64,000 bases of DNA, from the NCBI GenBank assembly GCA_964474825.1, contig CAYYWQ010000001.1, forward strand, positions 1,033,606-1,097,605, read 5' to 3'. The DNA is from an uncultured Candidatus Saccharibacteria bacterium (GTDB lineage Bacteria > Patescibacteriota > Doudnabacteria > UBA920). Positions 28,443 to 37,299 of this stretch are shown here, piece after piece (within the stretch, counting starts at the first letter, position 1; every line of letters begins with the position of its first letter). Under the pieces are notes generated by a model. That model did no database searches, had not been told where the DNA came from, and saw only the letters and a program-made list of their open reading frames with translations. The position numbers and the translations under genes were made by a program.

Positions 28443-28475
28443 TACGCACTTGTGTCAAGACATAGGGGGGTTGAC
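28443..28475. promoter_or_regulatory. Perfect 11-bp-arm palindrome ACTTGTGTCAA-N12-TTGACACAAGT upstream of the beta-barrel gene (candidate operator)
   Basis: The inverted repeat is seen directly in the sequence. Each arm contains a TTGACA hexamer. It lies between the gene start at 28382 and the terminator of the upstream SBP gene. Confidence 0.4.
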
Positions 28476-28476
28476 A

Positions 28477-28501
28477 CAAGTAGAAAAAAGCCCTCAATGA
28501 G
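28477..28501 (-). terminator. Intrinsic terminator of the SBP gene (aagccctca-atg-agggctt + T-run on the - strand)
   Basis: The hairpin lies immediately after the stop of 28512-29609(-) and is followed by ttttttct on the - strand. Confidence 0.5.
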
Positions 28502-28511
28502 GGCTTTTAAG

Positions 28512-29609
28512 TTATTTTACCAATTCCGGTTTCCCGTTTGTGATTTTAAATATTTTTTCTACTTTTTCCGAATACTGTTTTCCGTCCATGTTAATTGGAG
28601 AGCCTGTACCTTGTATTTTTACCTGTGTTAGAGCGTCTCTAAGAGAAATGCTTTTATTTAAAGATATTCTATGAGCTTCCCCTATGGTTTTAATGCCATC
28701 GTATCCAAAGGTGACAAATTCTGCCGCCGACGCTTCTGTTCCGTACTTGGCTTTATATTTAATTAGCAAATTAGTAGCGTTGTCCGCAAAAATATTTGTT
28801 TGGTAAACATTTTCCGCAGCTTTCCCGGCCGCATCAATTTCGTCTTGAATTAAGCCGTCCGCGCTTAAAAGTTGTCCGTTAAATTTAAGTTCTTTGGCTT
28901 GGGTAATAATGCGGCTCCCTCCGGGAGGATTTACCGGAAAATAAATACCTTGAGCTCCGGCGTTTTTTGCCTTGGTAATTAAAGTCCTGAAGTCTTGTTC
29001 TGTAACTATAACTTTTTCATTCATTACCACCACGCCTCCCAAAGCTTGGAATTTTTTTATAAATGCCGCGGAAATCAATTCTGACCAGGCGTCGATTTGT
29101 TCTATTACTGCCACCTTTTTTACTCCAAGTTTGTTAAAACCATACTCAGCCATTTTTTCACCAGTGGCCTCTGTGTTAAAGCCAATGGAAAATATATAGT
29201 CTCCCGCTGTCTTCATGTAGTCATTGCTGTCCCAGGTTCCTAATATTGGTATTTTAGCTTTATTAAATATTGGCGCTACCGGCTTAATTTCTTCTATGGC
29301 CATGGTAAACACCGCGTCTACTTTGTTTCGTGATATCAGCTTATTGGCGGCATTTACAGAGTCGGTTGCTTTAAACTGGTCGTCTTCTACAATGTACTCG
29401 ATTTTTTTCCCAGCTGTATTTTCTTCTTCCACGGCCAATAAAGCACCCCGGTTTACTTCTTCCGCTATAGAGCTGTAGCCTCCTGTCATTGGCAAAATAG
29501 CTCCAATTTTCAGGGTAGCGGTGGTTGCGCTTTGTTTGCTATTATTTATTTTTATGACCACGAAGGCCAAAATCGCTAATACCGCAATGACTAAAATTTT
29601 GTTTCTCAT
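28512..29609 (-). CDS. Periplasmic-binding-protein family 6 substrate-binding protein (LivK-like), second copy
   Basis: It has an N-terminal anchor and then IGAILPMTGGYSSIAEEVNRGALLAVEEEN. Its architecture is the same as the gene at 1112-2314. Confidence 0.7.
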   Translation of the reverse strand: MRNKILVIAVLAILAFVVIKINNSKQSATTATLKIGAILPMTGGYSSIAEEVNRGALLAVEEENTAGKKIEYIVEDDQFKATDSVNAANKLISRNKVDAVFTMAIEEIKPVAPIFNKAKIPILGTWDSNDYMKTAGDYIFSIGFNTEATGEKMAEYGFNKLGVKKVAVIEQIDAWSELISAAFIKKFQALGGVVVMNEKVIVTEQDFRTLITKAKNAGAQGIYFPVNPPGGSRIITQAKELKFNGQLLSADGLIQDEIDAAGKAAENVYQTNIFADNATNLLIKYKAKYGTEASAAEFVTFGYDGIKTIGEAHRISLNKSISLRDALTQVKIQGTGSPINMDGKQYSEKVEKIFKITNGKPELVK

Positions 29610-29674
29610 TTTGTTTTTATGAAGCTTTTTAACTTATGTAATCTAATTTTACTTAATTTAAGCCAAATTAGCAA

Positions 29675-31765
29675 TTATTTCTTTCCTTGCAAATGTTTTA
29701 TCTTTTTTATTTCTTCTATTCTGTCGCGGAGGCGGGCAGCGAGTTCAAATTCCAGGTTTTGGGCGGCTAAGTCCATTTGTTCTTCTAGCTCGCTTACGTA
29801 GAATTTTAATTCTTCCGGAGTCATTTTGGAGGAATCTACCTGGCGTTCTTTTTCGTCTTCTATTTCTTTATGACTACCGGCAAGGCGTGAGTCGGCTATG
29901 GCTTTTTGAATACTTTGGGGGGTTATGCCGTGTTTGGTGTTGTAAATTTCCTGAAGTTTTCTGCGCCTATTTGTCTCATCTATCGCTCGTTTCATTGAGC
30001 CGGTAATTTTGTCCGCGTACATTACCACATGGCCTTTAAGGTGCCTGGCGGCGCGGCCCATCATTTGCATAAAGAAAGTCTCGCTGCGTAAAAAACCTTC
30101 TTTGTCGGCATCTAAAATTGCCACCAAAGAAACTTCTGGTAAATCTAATCCTTCCCTAAGCAGGTTAATGCCAACTAGTACATCGTAAATACCTAGGCGT
30201 AAATCGCGTAATATTTCCAAGCGTTCAAATGTGTCTACATCAGAATGCAAATACTGAACTTTAACCCCGTCTTCTTTTAAGTATTCGGTAAGTTCCTCAG
30301 CCATGCGTTTGGTTAGGGTTGCCACTAACACGCGCTGATGTTGCCCAACTCTTTCTTTAATTTGCTCTATTAAATCATCCACCTGGTTTTTAATGGGCTT
30401 TATTTCTATGCTTGGGTCTAAAAGGCCTGTGGGTCGAATAATTTGTTCTACAATTGTGGGAGGTTTTAACTCCTTTAGTTTTGGCCGCGCGTCTATAATG
30501 CTTTGTTCTTCTTCGGTGCGCTTGGATTTAGAAATAAATTTAATGTCTTTTTGGGTCAGGCTTCTTTCTATTTCAAATTCCGCTGGGGTGGCCGAAACAA
30601 ACACGGCTTGGGTAATTTTTTTCTCAAATTCTGTAAATTTTAATGGGCGATTGTCTAAAGCACTGGGCAGTCTAAAGCCGTAATCTACTAAGGTTGTTTT
30701 TCTGCTTTTATCTCCTTCGTACATAGCGCCAATTTGGGGGATGCTCTGGTGGGACTCGTCTATAAATAGCAGGAAGTCGTCCGGGAAATAATCTATTAGC
30801 GTAGAAGGTGGATCGCCGGCATTTCGGCCGTCTAAGTGCCTGGAATAGTTTTCTATACCCGCAACAAAGCCGGTGTTGGTGAGCATTTCCAAGTCAAAGT
30901 TGGTTCTTTGTTCCAGTCTCTGGGCTTCTAAAAGCTTCCCTTCTTTTTTAAATTCTTTGAGTCTTTCAGCAAGCTCCTCGCGTACTTTTTCCATGGCTTC
31001 TTTTAATTGCTCCTCAGGAGCAACAAAATGCTTGGCAGGGAAAATTGTGAATTCTTCTAAGGTTTCCAGTTTATGTCCGCTGACTGCGTCCAGGCGTTCT
31101 ATTTTTTCCAACTCGTCGCCATTAAAATCCATGCGGATTATTGTGTCTTCGGAAGACAGGATAATTTCTAACACATCTCCTTTGGCTCGGAAGCTTCCGC
31201 GTTCAAGTTCTAGGTCGTTCCTATGGAACTGCAAATCTGTAAGCCTTCTTAAAAGCTTGTCGCGTTTAAAGCTTTCTCCCCTTTTTATTTTAAGGGAAAG
31301 CTCCAAATAGTTGGCCGGATTGCCTAAACCGTAAATGCAGGAAACACTGGCTACAATCAACACATCTTTTCTAGAAAGTAGCGACTGGGTAGCAGCGTTA
31401 CGAAGCCTGTCTATCTCTTCGTTAATTTGCGTGTCTTTCTCTATGTATGTGTCTGTGCGGGGAATATAGGCTTCCGGCTGGTAGTAGTCGTAGTAGGAAA
31501 CAAAATAGTGAATGGCATTGTCCGGGAAAAATTCCTGGAATTCCGCGGCCAGTTGCGCGGCTAAAGTTTTGTTGTGGCTAATGATTAAAGTAGGTTTTTG
31601 AAAATGCTGAACCACATTGGCCATAGTAAAAGTCTTGCCGCTTCCGGTAACGCCAAGTAAAGTTTGGTATCTGCGTCCGGCTTCTATAGACTTAATTAAG
31701 CCCGCAATTGCAGCGGGTTGGTCGCCAGCTGGTTTAAATTTAGATTGTAATTTAAATTTACTCAT
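29675..31765 (-). CDS. uvrB: Excinuclease ABC subunit B
   Basis: It has the Walker [10 protein letters not shown], helicase motifs, a beta-hairpin region, and the C-terminal UVR domain [22 protein letters not shown]. Confidence 0.95.
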   Translation of the reverse strand: MSKFKLQSKFKPAGDQPAAIAGLIKSIEAGRRYQTLLGVTGSGKTFTMANVVQHFQKPTLIISHNKTLAAQLAAEFQEFFPDNAIHYFVSYYDYYQPEAYIPRTDTYIEKDTQINEEIDRLRNAATQSLLSRKDVLIVASVSCIYGLGNPANYLELSLKIKRGESFKRDKLLRRLTDLQFHRNDLELERGSFRAKGDVLEIILSSEDTIIRMDFNGDELEKIERLDAVSGHKLETLEEFTIFPAKHFVAPEEQLKEAMEKVREELAERLKEFKKEGKLLEAQRLEQRTNFDLEMLTNTGFVAGIENYSRHLDGRNAGDPPSTLIDYFPDDFLLFIDESHQSIPQIGAMYEGDKSRKTTLVDYGFRLPSALDNRPLKFTEFEKKITQAVFVSATPAEFEIERSLTQKDIKFISKSKRTEEEQSIIDARPKLKELKPPTIVEQIIRPTGLLDPSIEIKPIKNQVDDLIEQIKERVGQHQRVLVATLTKRMAEELTEYLKEDGVKVQYLHSDVDTFERLEILRDLRLGIYDVLVGINLLREGLDLPEVSLVAILDADKEGFLRSETFFMQMMGRAARHLKGHVVMYADKITGSMKRAIDETNRRRKLQEIYNTKHGITPQSIQKAIADSRLAGSHKEIEDEKERQVDSSKMTPEELKFYVSELEEQMDLAAQNLEFELAARLRDRIEEIKKIKHLQGKK

Positions 31766-31811
31766 AAAATATATAAAGAGAATACGACTTATATCATAAC
31801 ATCATAGACGC

Positions 31812-31850
31812 ACAAAAAAAAGTGCCGAACGGTGGATCAAACCGTTCGGC
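31812..31850 (-). terminator. Intrinsic terminator on the - strand (gccgaacgg-tttgatcca-ccgttcggc + T8)
   Basis: A perfect 9-bp hairpin is followed on the - strand by an 8-T run, 45 nt upstream of the uvrB start. It ends a - strand transcript coming from the 31.9-32.4 kb region. Confidence 0.5.
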
Positions 31851-31859
31851 GTAGGCCAT

Positions 31860-32420
31860 CTCGCATAAGGATGGCTAAAAAGGAGTGGCCCAATAGGGCC
31901 ATGGAGGAGCCAGTGGAGGCCAGAGGATTATGTGGGGGATCCTCACGAAATGGGGCAAAAGATTTTTTTCATCACTCACCAACCCAGGAAAGTGATTACT
32001 CATCTCTAGTCTCAGTTCCGTATGACCTCCGGACAGATACTATGCGGATTGGTGTGCAGGCACCATTCGGTACAGTAACTGCTTTTCAGGTTATGATGAA
32101 CGCGAGGCTGCGTTCCTCAAGCCTGATATCCCTTCTTTGAATTATTTGTGAGCGGACGCTCTTGCAAGCGCCCGCTCCAAATCCGGTTGCAGAATGTGCC
32201 TCATTCCATCCTGCTATCCTGTGGAGTCTCGAGCCACAAGAAACCGGAAAACTTTTTGGTGCCGGACGACTGTAGAGTTCTTCCTCGTACAACCTTAGGA
32301 AGGTCTCTAGTTTGCCGTCCGGCGTGTTAAGCCGGGCTTGGGTGGTCGCGCAACCACCATATTCTGCCTCGGAGGTGGCAGAAAAGACCCGGCTTGTCGG
32401 AGTTAGACCATTTTTGCATT
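31860..32420 (-). ncRNA. Candidate structured non-coding RNA; identity unresolved (RNase P RNA, tmRNA or other)
   Basis: The region is GC-richer than the flanks and densely self-complementary. It contains only short, mutually overlapping ORFs with poor composition. It carries an RNase-P-P4-like AGACCCGGCTTGTCGG (+ strand, about 32385) and ends in the - strand terminator. The strand is uncertain. Confidence 0.3.
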
Positions 32421-32565
32421 TGCCGGCCGCTTTGTCAATGGTGGGTATTGGTGTTAAAATATTATAAGCTAATCAGTAAATCAGCTGATCAGTTAATTAG
32501 TAGAGGGATCCAGTTATGTAGTGCTGATCCGCTGATTAGCTGACATACTGATGCGTTTTCCCTAT

Positions 32566-33123
32566 ATGATTGCTTATTTAAAAGGAACAATTTTAGAAAA
32601 AGGATTAACATATCTCATTGTTTTAAATGGAGGCATGGGTTATAAGGTTTTTGTAACGCCTGAGAATTTGGAAAAAAAGATTGGCGACGAAGTTTCCATG
32701 TTTACCTACCATAAAGTCTCGGACGACGGACAGAGTTTGTTTGGCTTGCCGGATTTTTCTACGCTGCAGTTTTTTGAAATGTTAATTACTGTTTCCGGAG
32801 TTGGCCCTAAGGTTGCACTGGCGATTTTATCTGCGGCACGCGTAGACGCGGTAAAGTCCGCCATTGCCAACCAGGACGCCGGAGCGTTTACAAGAATTGC
32901 CGGTGTGGGAACAAAAACGGCGGAAAAAATTATAGTTGAGTTAAAATCTAAAGTTGGGGTTTTGGGGACAGATAATCAGCAATCTAATAATGACGTGTTC
33001 GACGCATTGTTGGCTTTAGGTTATGGCCAGAAGGAAGTTCGCGAAGTAGTAAGTAAATTAGACGGCAAACTTTCTCAGCAAGAACAAATTAGGGAAGCGT
33101 TAAAAATACTGGGAAAGCATTAA
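32566..33123 (+). CDS. ruvA: Holliday junction DNA helicase RuvA
   Basis: MIAYLKGTI... is the canonical RuvA N-terminus, so the true start is probably the internal Met at 32566. It has OB domain I, a helix-hairpin-helix domain II (GVGPKVALAIL) and a C-terminal domain III. Confidence 0.85.
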   Translation: MIAYLKGTILEKGLTYLIVLNGGMGYKVFVTPENLEKKIGDEVSMFTYHKVSDDGQSLFGLPDFSTLQFFEMLITVSGVGPKVALAILSAARVDAVKSAIANQDAGAFTRIAGVGTKTAEKIIVELKSKVGVLGTDNQQSNNDVFDALLALGYGQKEVREVVSKLDGKLSQQEQIREALKILGKH

Positions 33124-33127
33124 ATTA

Positions 33128-34183
33128 ATGAAGTTAGTTGAATTAACATCTTCAGATAAAGAACAATACAACCGCTTTGTTGCCTCGCAGCAAGCGGGTA
33201 GTTTTTTGCAGGCTTGGGAATGGGGAGAGTGGCAGGTTCGCCTTGGACGAACTGTTAGCAGATTTAAGATTTCAGATGACAGTGGGAATCAGGCCGGATC
33301 TATCCAGCTAATTAAAATGCCCTTGCCGTTTGGGAAGTATTATTTATACGCGCCATATGGACCGGTTGTAAGTGGGCAGTGGGCAGTGGGCAGTGGTCAG
33401 TTGTTAGACCAATTAAAACAGAAATTTCCGGAAGCAATATTCATTCGCCTTGAGCCAAAAACCTCTTTTCTATCCACTACTCACTATCCAGTACTCACTA
33501 AGTCCGCCAACATTCAACCCACAAAAACTTTAGTTTTGGATTTAGCCAAGACTGAGGAGCAGTTACTTGCAGAAATGCACCCAAAGACACGCTACAACAT
33601 TAAGTTGGCGCAAAGGCATAACGTAGAAGTCAGTTGCGATTTAATGGTAGTTCCCGGATATGGTTTGTATTTAAAGGAAGCGCTGGATTTGTTAGTACAA
33701 ACTGCCGGAAGGCAAAGCTTTCAAACTTTTCCGCGAAGTTATTATGAACAGCTTTTAAACTTCTTCGCACTTCACAATTCAAATGGTGATGTAAAACTTT
33801 ATGTTTATAAAGCGTTAAAAGACAAAGAGCTTTTGGTAACCGCGGTTATGGTAGACTTTGGGGGAACAAGGACTTATTTGTTTGGCGGCAGCAGCCCGCA
33901 CCATAGGGAAGTTATGGCGCCGTACGCGCTACACTGGCAGGCAATTTTAGATGCCAAAAATTTAGGATTAAAACTTTATGATTTCTGGGGAATAGAAACT
34001 AGCTCTGGCGACACTCCTGGGTTTGTTAGGTTTAAAATGGGTTTTGGGGGAGAGGAACTGGTTTATGCAGGCGCATACGATATTAGCAACAAGAAATTGT
34101 GGTATCATGGCTACAAGGGATTGCGCGGAATTAATAGGTCTTTATTACATATCAAAAATTTTACCTCCAAGACTTATAAATAA
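33128..34183 (+). CDS. FemAB-family peptidoglycan interpeptide-bridge aminoacyltransferase
   Basis: It has the conserved KTRYNIKLAQRHNVEV block and a two-GNAT-like-domain layout of about 350 aa. Confidence 0.7.
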   Translation: MKLVELTSSDKEQYNRFVASQQAGSFLQAWEWGEWQVRLGRTVSRFKISDDSGNQAGSIQLIKMPLPFGKYYLYAPYGPVVSGQWAVGSGQLLDQLKQKFPEAIFIRLEPKTSFLSTTHYPVLTKSANIQPTKTLVLDLAKTEEQLLAEMHPKTRYNIKLAQRHNVEVSCDLMVVPGYGLYLKEALDLLVQTAGRQSFQTFPRSYYEQLLNFFALHNSNGDVKLYVYKALKDKELLVTAVMVDFGGTRTYLFGGSSPHHREVMAPYALHWQAILDAKNLGLKLYDFWGIETSSGDTPGFVRFKMGFGGEELVYAGAYDISNKKLWYHGYKGLRGINRSLLHIKNFTSKTYK

Positions 34184-34211
34184 AAGAACCCCTTCTGGGG
34201 TTCTTTTATTT
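34183..34211. terminator. Bidirectional intrinsic terminator (agaacccc-ttct-ggggttct)
   Basis: A perfect hairpin with A/T runs on both sides, between convergent genes. Confidence 0.5.
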
Positions 34212-34778
34212 AGTATTATTTCTTAATTCCTTATCAATGTCTTTAATACTATCCTCTATGTCTTCCCTAAAATTTTTTATTGATTCCATCCATAGGTCAT
34301 CTCTCGAAGTTTCTTTTATCCGTTCTAGGAAAAGCTTTAATGTCGGTTTATTTTTATCTTTTATTTGCTCAGGAATTTTATTTAGGGGAGTCCAAGGGTG
34401 TACATCCAAGCTTTTAATTTCTTCCACCAGCTTAGTCAGTCGTTCTTTGCGTTTAATCAAATCTTTTTTTTGTTGTCTTTCGTTACCAGATCGTGTTTCA
34501 TTTCTATCTTTAGTTGCCTTTTCTCCGTCCTTAGTGCTGTACTCAATAACTTTGTCTATATCATTGGTTCCAAGACGCTTATTTAATTCTTTTCCTAGCT
34601 GCGTTGGAGTTTTTTCTCCCAGTTCCCCCAAGGTCTTCTTAAAAGACCCTGACTCAGTCGACGAACCAAATAACTCTTGATCAATTTTTTCATCGGCTCC
34701 TGGGGCAGTTAGGTCGTCAAGCTTAGGATACCCACGTTTTTTAAAGGGATTAGTAAATATATCTCTTCTGTTGAACAT
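34206..34778 (-). CDS. Hypothetical, highly charged protein
   Basis: A Lys/Glu/Asp-rich 190-aa ORF with no motif I could recognise. It is bracketed by a terminator and has a coding-like composition. Confidence 0.35.
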   Translation of the reverse strand: MFNRRDIFTNPFKKRGYPKLDDLTAPGADEKIDQELFGSSTESGSFKKTLGELGEKTPTQLGKELNKRLGTNDIDKVIEYSTKDGEKATKDRNETRSGNERQQKKDLIKRKERLTKLVEEIKSLDVHPWTPLNKIPEQIKDKNKPTLKLFLERIKETSRDDLWMESIKNFREDIEDSIKDIDKELRNNTK

Positions 34779-34871
34779 ATTGGTGTTTTAGTCTATGTTT
34801 TAAAGACTTTATGTTTATTAAGTATATAATATTTTTTCTTATTTTGCCATTTCAGTTATAATGTTATTGTT

Positions 34872-36191
34872 ATGGTTAATCTTATAAAAAGTTTTATTCC
34901 CAAAAGTTGGTTAAAAATTTTCAGGCCTTGGTATCACGGCATGGTTGCCTGGGATGCTAATATTTATTATGACCAACCGAGTGAACATTTAACAGTAATT
35001 GGTGTTACTGGTACAGCAGGGAAGTCTACCACTGTGGCAATGCTGGCTCATATTTTAAATTTTGCCGGTAAAAAAACCGGCTACATTACTACGGTAGATT
35101 TTTTTGACGGCAAACACCAGTTTATGAATAAGCACGGGCTTTCCATGCCCAATGAAATTAAGCTGCAAAAACAGCTTAAAACTATGGTAACGCGCGGTTG
35201 CAAATACGCAATTGTAGAATGCACCAGTGAGGGCCTTGAGCAGAACCGTCACATTGGAATTAATTTTGACGTAGCTTTGTTTACTAATTTGTCCCGCGCG
35301 CATTTGGAAGCACATGGCGGTTATGGAAATTATCAGGAAGCAAAGGGCAAGTTGTTTACATCCTTGTCCCGCGGCAAACGCAAAAAGTTTTTTCCGGAAA
35401 AAATAATTGGTGTGAATTTTGACGACCAGACTTCCGGATACTTTTTTAGTTTCCCGGCCGACAAAAAATTCGGAGTAACTTTTAGTGGTATTCAGCTAAC
35501 AGGCGGGCAAAAAGTTTTCTTTGCGGAAACCACAAAGTCCAGTCAGGGCTTAGGGTTTATTTTAGAAGGCCAGCAGTTTAATTTGGAAATGCTGGGAGAG
35601 TTTAATGTAAAAAATGCCGCACTTGCCTCGGCCTGTGCTGCTTCTTTGGGTGTAGACTTAGCTAAAGCTGCTGAAGCTTTAAAGAATTTTCATGGCGTTC
35701 GTGGCCGTATGGAACAAGTGCAGAATAATAGAGGTTTAAAAATAATTGTGGACTACGGCTGTGAGCCCGAAAGTTTTAAAGCCGCCGTGGAAGCTGCGGC
35801 TTTGCTGCCACATAACCGTTTAATACATGTTTTTGGCAGCACAGGCGGACACAGAGACACCAGTAAACGCTTTGAGTTCGGTAAAATTTCCGCCGCCTAT
35901 GCCGACCATATTATTATTACCAATGACGACATTTACGACTCTGACCCAAAAGAAATTGCGGCAAATATTGAACAAGGGATAAAAAGCAACGCGCTCCGCA
36001 AACCTTCCTATGAAATAATCTTAGACAGAAGATCGGCCATTACCAAAGCATTATCTACCGCTCAAAAAAATGACATAGTCCTAATTACCGGAAAGGGGAG
36101 CGAACAGTTCTTGGTCTTGCCTGGGAATAAAAGGGTAGAGTGGGACGAAGTTTCCGTGGTTAACCATGAATTACTAACACCTAACACCTAA
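34872..36191 (+). CDS. Mur ligase family protein (MurE-like UDP-N-acetylmuramoyl-tripeptide synthetase)
   Basis: It has the ATP-binding P-loop VIGVTGTAGKSTTVAMLAHIL, central-domain motifs (DVALFTNLSRAHLEAHG) and a C-terminal domain. Its specificity was not determined. Confidence 0.7.
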   Translation: MVNLIKSFIPKSWLKIFRPWYHGMVAWDANIYYDQPSEHLTVIGVTGTAGKSTTVAMLAHILNFAGKKTGYITTVDFFDGKHQFMNKHGLSMPNEIKLQKQLKTMVTRGCKYAIVECTSEGLEQNRHIGINFDVALFTNLSRAHLEAHGGYGNYQEAKGKLFTSLSRGKRKKFFPEKIIGVNFDDQTSGYFFSFPADKKFGVTFSGIQLTGGQKVFFAETTKSSQGLGFILEGQQFNLEMLGEFNVKNAALASACAASLGVDLAKAAEALKNFHGVRGRMEQVQNNRGLKIIVDYGCEPESFKAAVEAAALLPHNRLIHVFGSTGGHRDTSKRFEFGKISAAYADHIIITNDDIYDSDPKEIAANIEQGIKSNALRKPSYEIILDRRSAITKALSTAQKNDIVLITGKGSEQFLVLPGNKRVEWDEVSVVNHELLTPNT

Positions 36192-36499
36192 TGACTCTTT
36201 ACATAGACACAACGGATTTTAATAAAATGGTTTTTGGTGTTTTTGATGGGAAAAAAACTATCAAGCGGACATATAAAATAGATCCGCACAAATCAAACGA
36301 GACTTTGGGAAAGCTAGATGAATTTATAAAGGGATTAAAGATTAAGGATTTAGGATTAAAGATAAAACAGATTGTAGTTAACAAAGGCCCTGGTTCCTAT
36401 ACCGGCGTGCGCGTGGGCGTAACTATCGCCCAAGCTTTGGGGTTTGCCTGGAACGTACCGGTAAAAGCTGTGGTAAAAGATAAATTTATCATTAGTTGA
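36191..36499 (+). CDS. tsaB: TsaB (YeaZ)-like protein, short form
   Basis: MTLYIDTTDFNKMVFGVFDGK...VNKGPGSYTGVRVGVTIAQALGFAWNVPV matches the N-terminal ASKHA half of TsaB (GPGSFTGxRIG). It is only 102 aa. Confidence 0.55.
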   Translation: MTLYIDTTDFNKMVFGVFDGKKTIKRTYKIDPHKSNETLGKLDEFIKGLKIKDLGLKIKQIVVNKGPGSYTGVRVGVTIAQALGFAWNVPVKAVVKDKFIIS

Positions 36500-36511
36500 T
36501 TGTTGTAAATA

Positions 36512-36545
36512 AAAACGCTGATCTTTTGAGATCAGCGTTTTTTAG
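36512..36545. terminator. Bidirectional intrinsic terminator (acgctgatc-ttttga-gatcagcgt + T-run)
   Basis: A perfect 9-bp hairpin between convergent genes. Confidence 0.5.
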
Positions 36546-36555
36546 TATTTATCGA

Positions 36556-37299
36556 TTATTCCTTTAATCTAAACAACCAAAAAGTCAAAACCAGCATTAC
36601 CGCCAGCCATATGGCGAGAATTAAAATATCAAAACCAATTGTGGCAAAGTTAAATGGGTATAAATAGGCTTGGCGCAGGCCGTCGGCCAGGTAGGTAATG
36701 GGTAGGAAGCGCGCCACAACTTGCAGGCCGTGCGGCAGGGTTTCAATAGGGTAAAAAATATTTCCTAAAAATGTTAATGGCAGGCCAATGGCTGAGGTAA
36801 TAGGCGCGGCAGAGTCATAGCTTTTGGCAAAAGTGGAAATGAGCAGGCCACAGAGCAGAAAAATAGAACCGCCTAACAGGACAAGAATCAGCGTAGAAAT
36901 TATATTGCCAACAAATTGGGCTTTAAAAACTAAAGCGCCTAACAGGGTTAAGATAACCACTTGGGCAATAACAATAGTTAGCCTGGCGCAAACCAAACTC
37001 AAGGCCAGTTGCCATTGTTTTAATGGAGTGGCCAAAAGGCGTTTAATAATTCCCCGGGCTTTTAAGTCCACCATCCAGTAAGCCAGGGAATAAATGCCGC
37101 CTTGCATAATGGTCATGGCAATTATTCCGGGCAAAACGTAATTGGAATATTTTAAATTGGTGTTTATTATTTTACCAACCGGTAAAACTGAAAGCACAAT
37201 ATAAATAAAGGAAGGCATTAGCACAGTCCAGTAAAAGCCTTCTTTTTCCCGGTAAAACATTTTGAAGTTGGATTTGAAAAGTTGCCAAAAGCTATTCAT
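36556..37299 (-). CDS. ABC-2 type transporter permease
   Basis: It has six TM segments and the ABC-2 layout. It overlaps the upstream ATPase gene by 8 nt. Confidence 0.7.
   Translation of the reverse strand: MNSFWQLFKSNFKMFYREKEGFYWTVLMPSFIYIVLSVLPVGKIINTNLKYSNYVLPGIIAMTIMQGGIYSLAYWMVDLKARGIIKRLLATPLKQWQLALSLVCARLTIVIAQVVILTLLGALVFKAQFVGNIISTLILVLLGGSIFLLCGLLISTFAKSYDSAAPITSAIGLPLTFLGNIFYPIETLPHGLQVVARFLPITYLADGLRQAYLYPFNFATIGFDILILAIWLAVMLVLTFWLFRLKE

Noticed and set aside
31812-31850. tRNA-like T-arm / tmRNA 3' end interpretation of the hairpin next to uvrB
   Set aside because: The stem is a perfect 9-bp hairpin with a 9-nt loop followed by T8, which is a plain intrinsic terminator. There is no 7-nt T-loop with a conserved C, and no acceptor stem or CCA.
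31832-32330. Three short ORFs (31832-32140 +, 32086-32292 -, 32148-32330 +) between uvrB and ruvA
   Set aside because: They are mutually overlapping, with no SDs and poor composition. The region behaves like structured RNA, so it is reported as an ncRNA candidate instead.
36199-36384. 61-aa - strand ORF antisense to the tsaB-like gene
   Set aside because: It is antisense to a gene with a conserved TsaB motif, AT-rich, with low-complexity translation.
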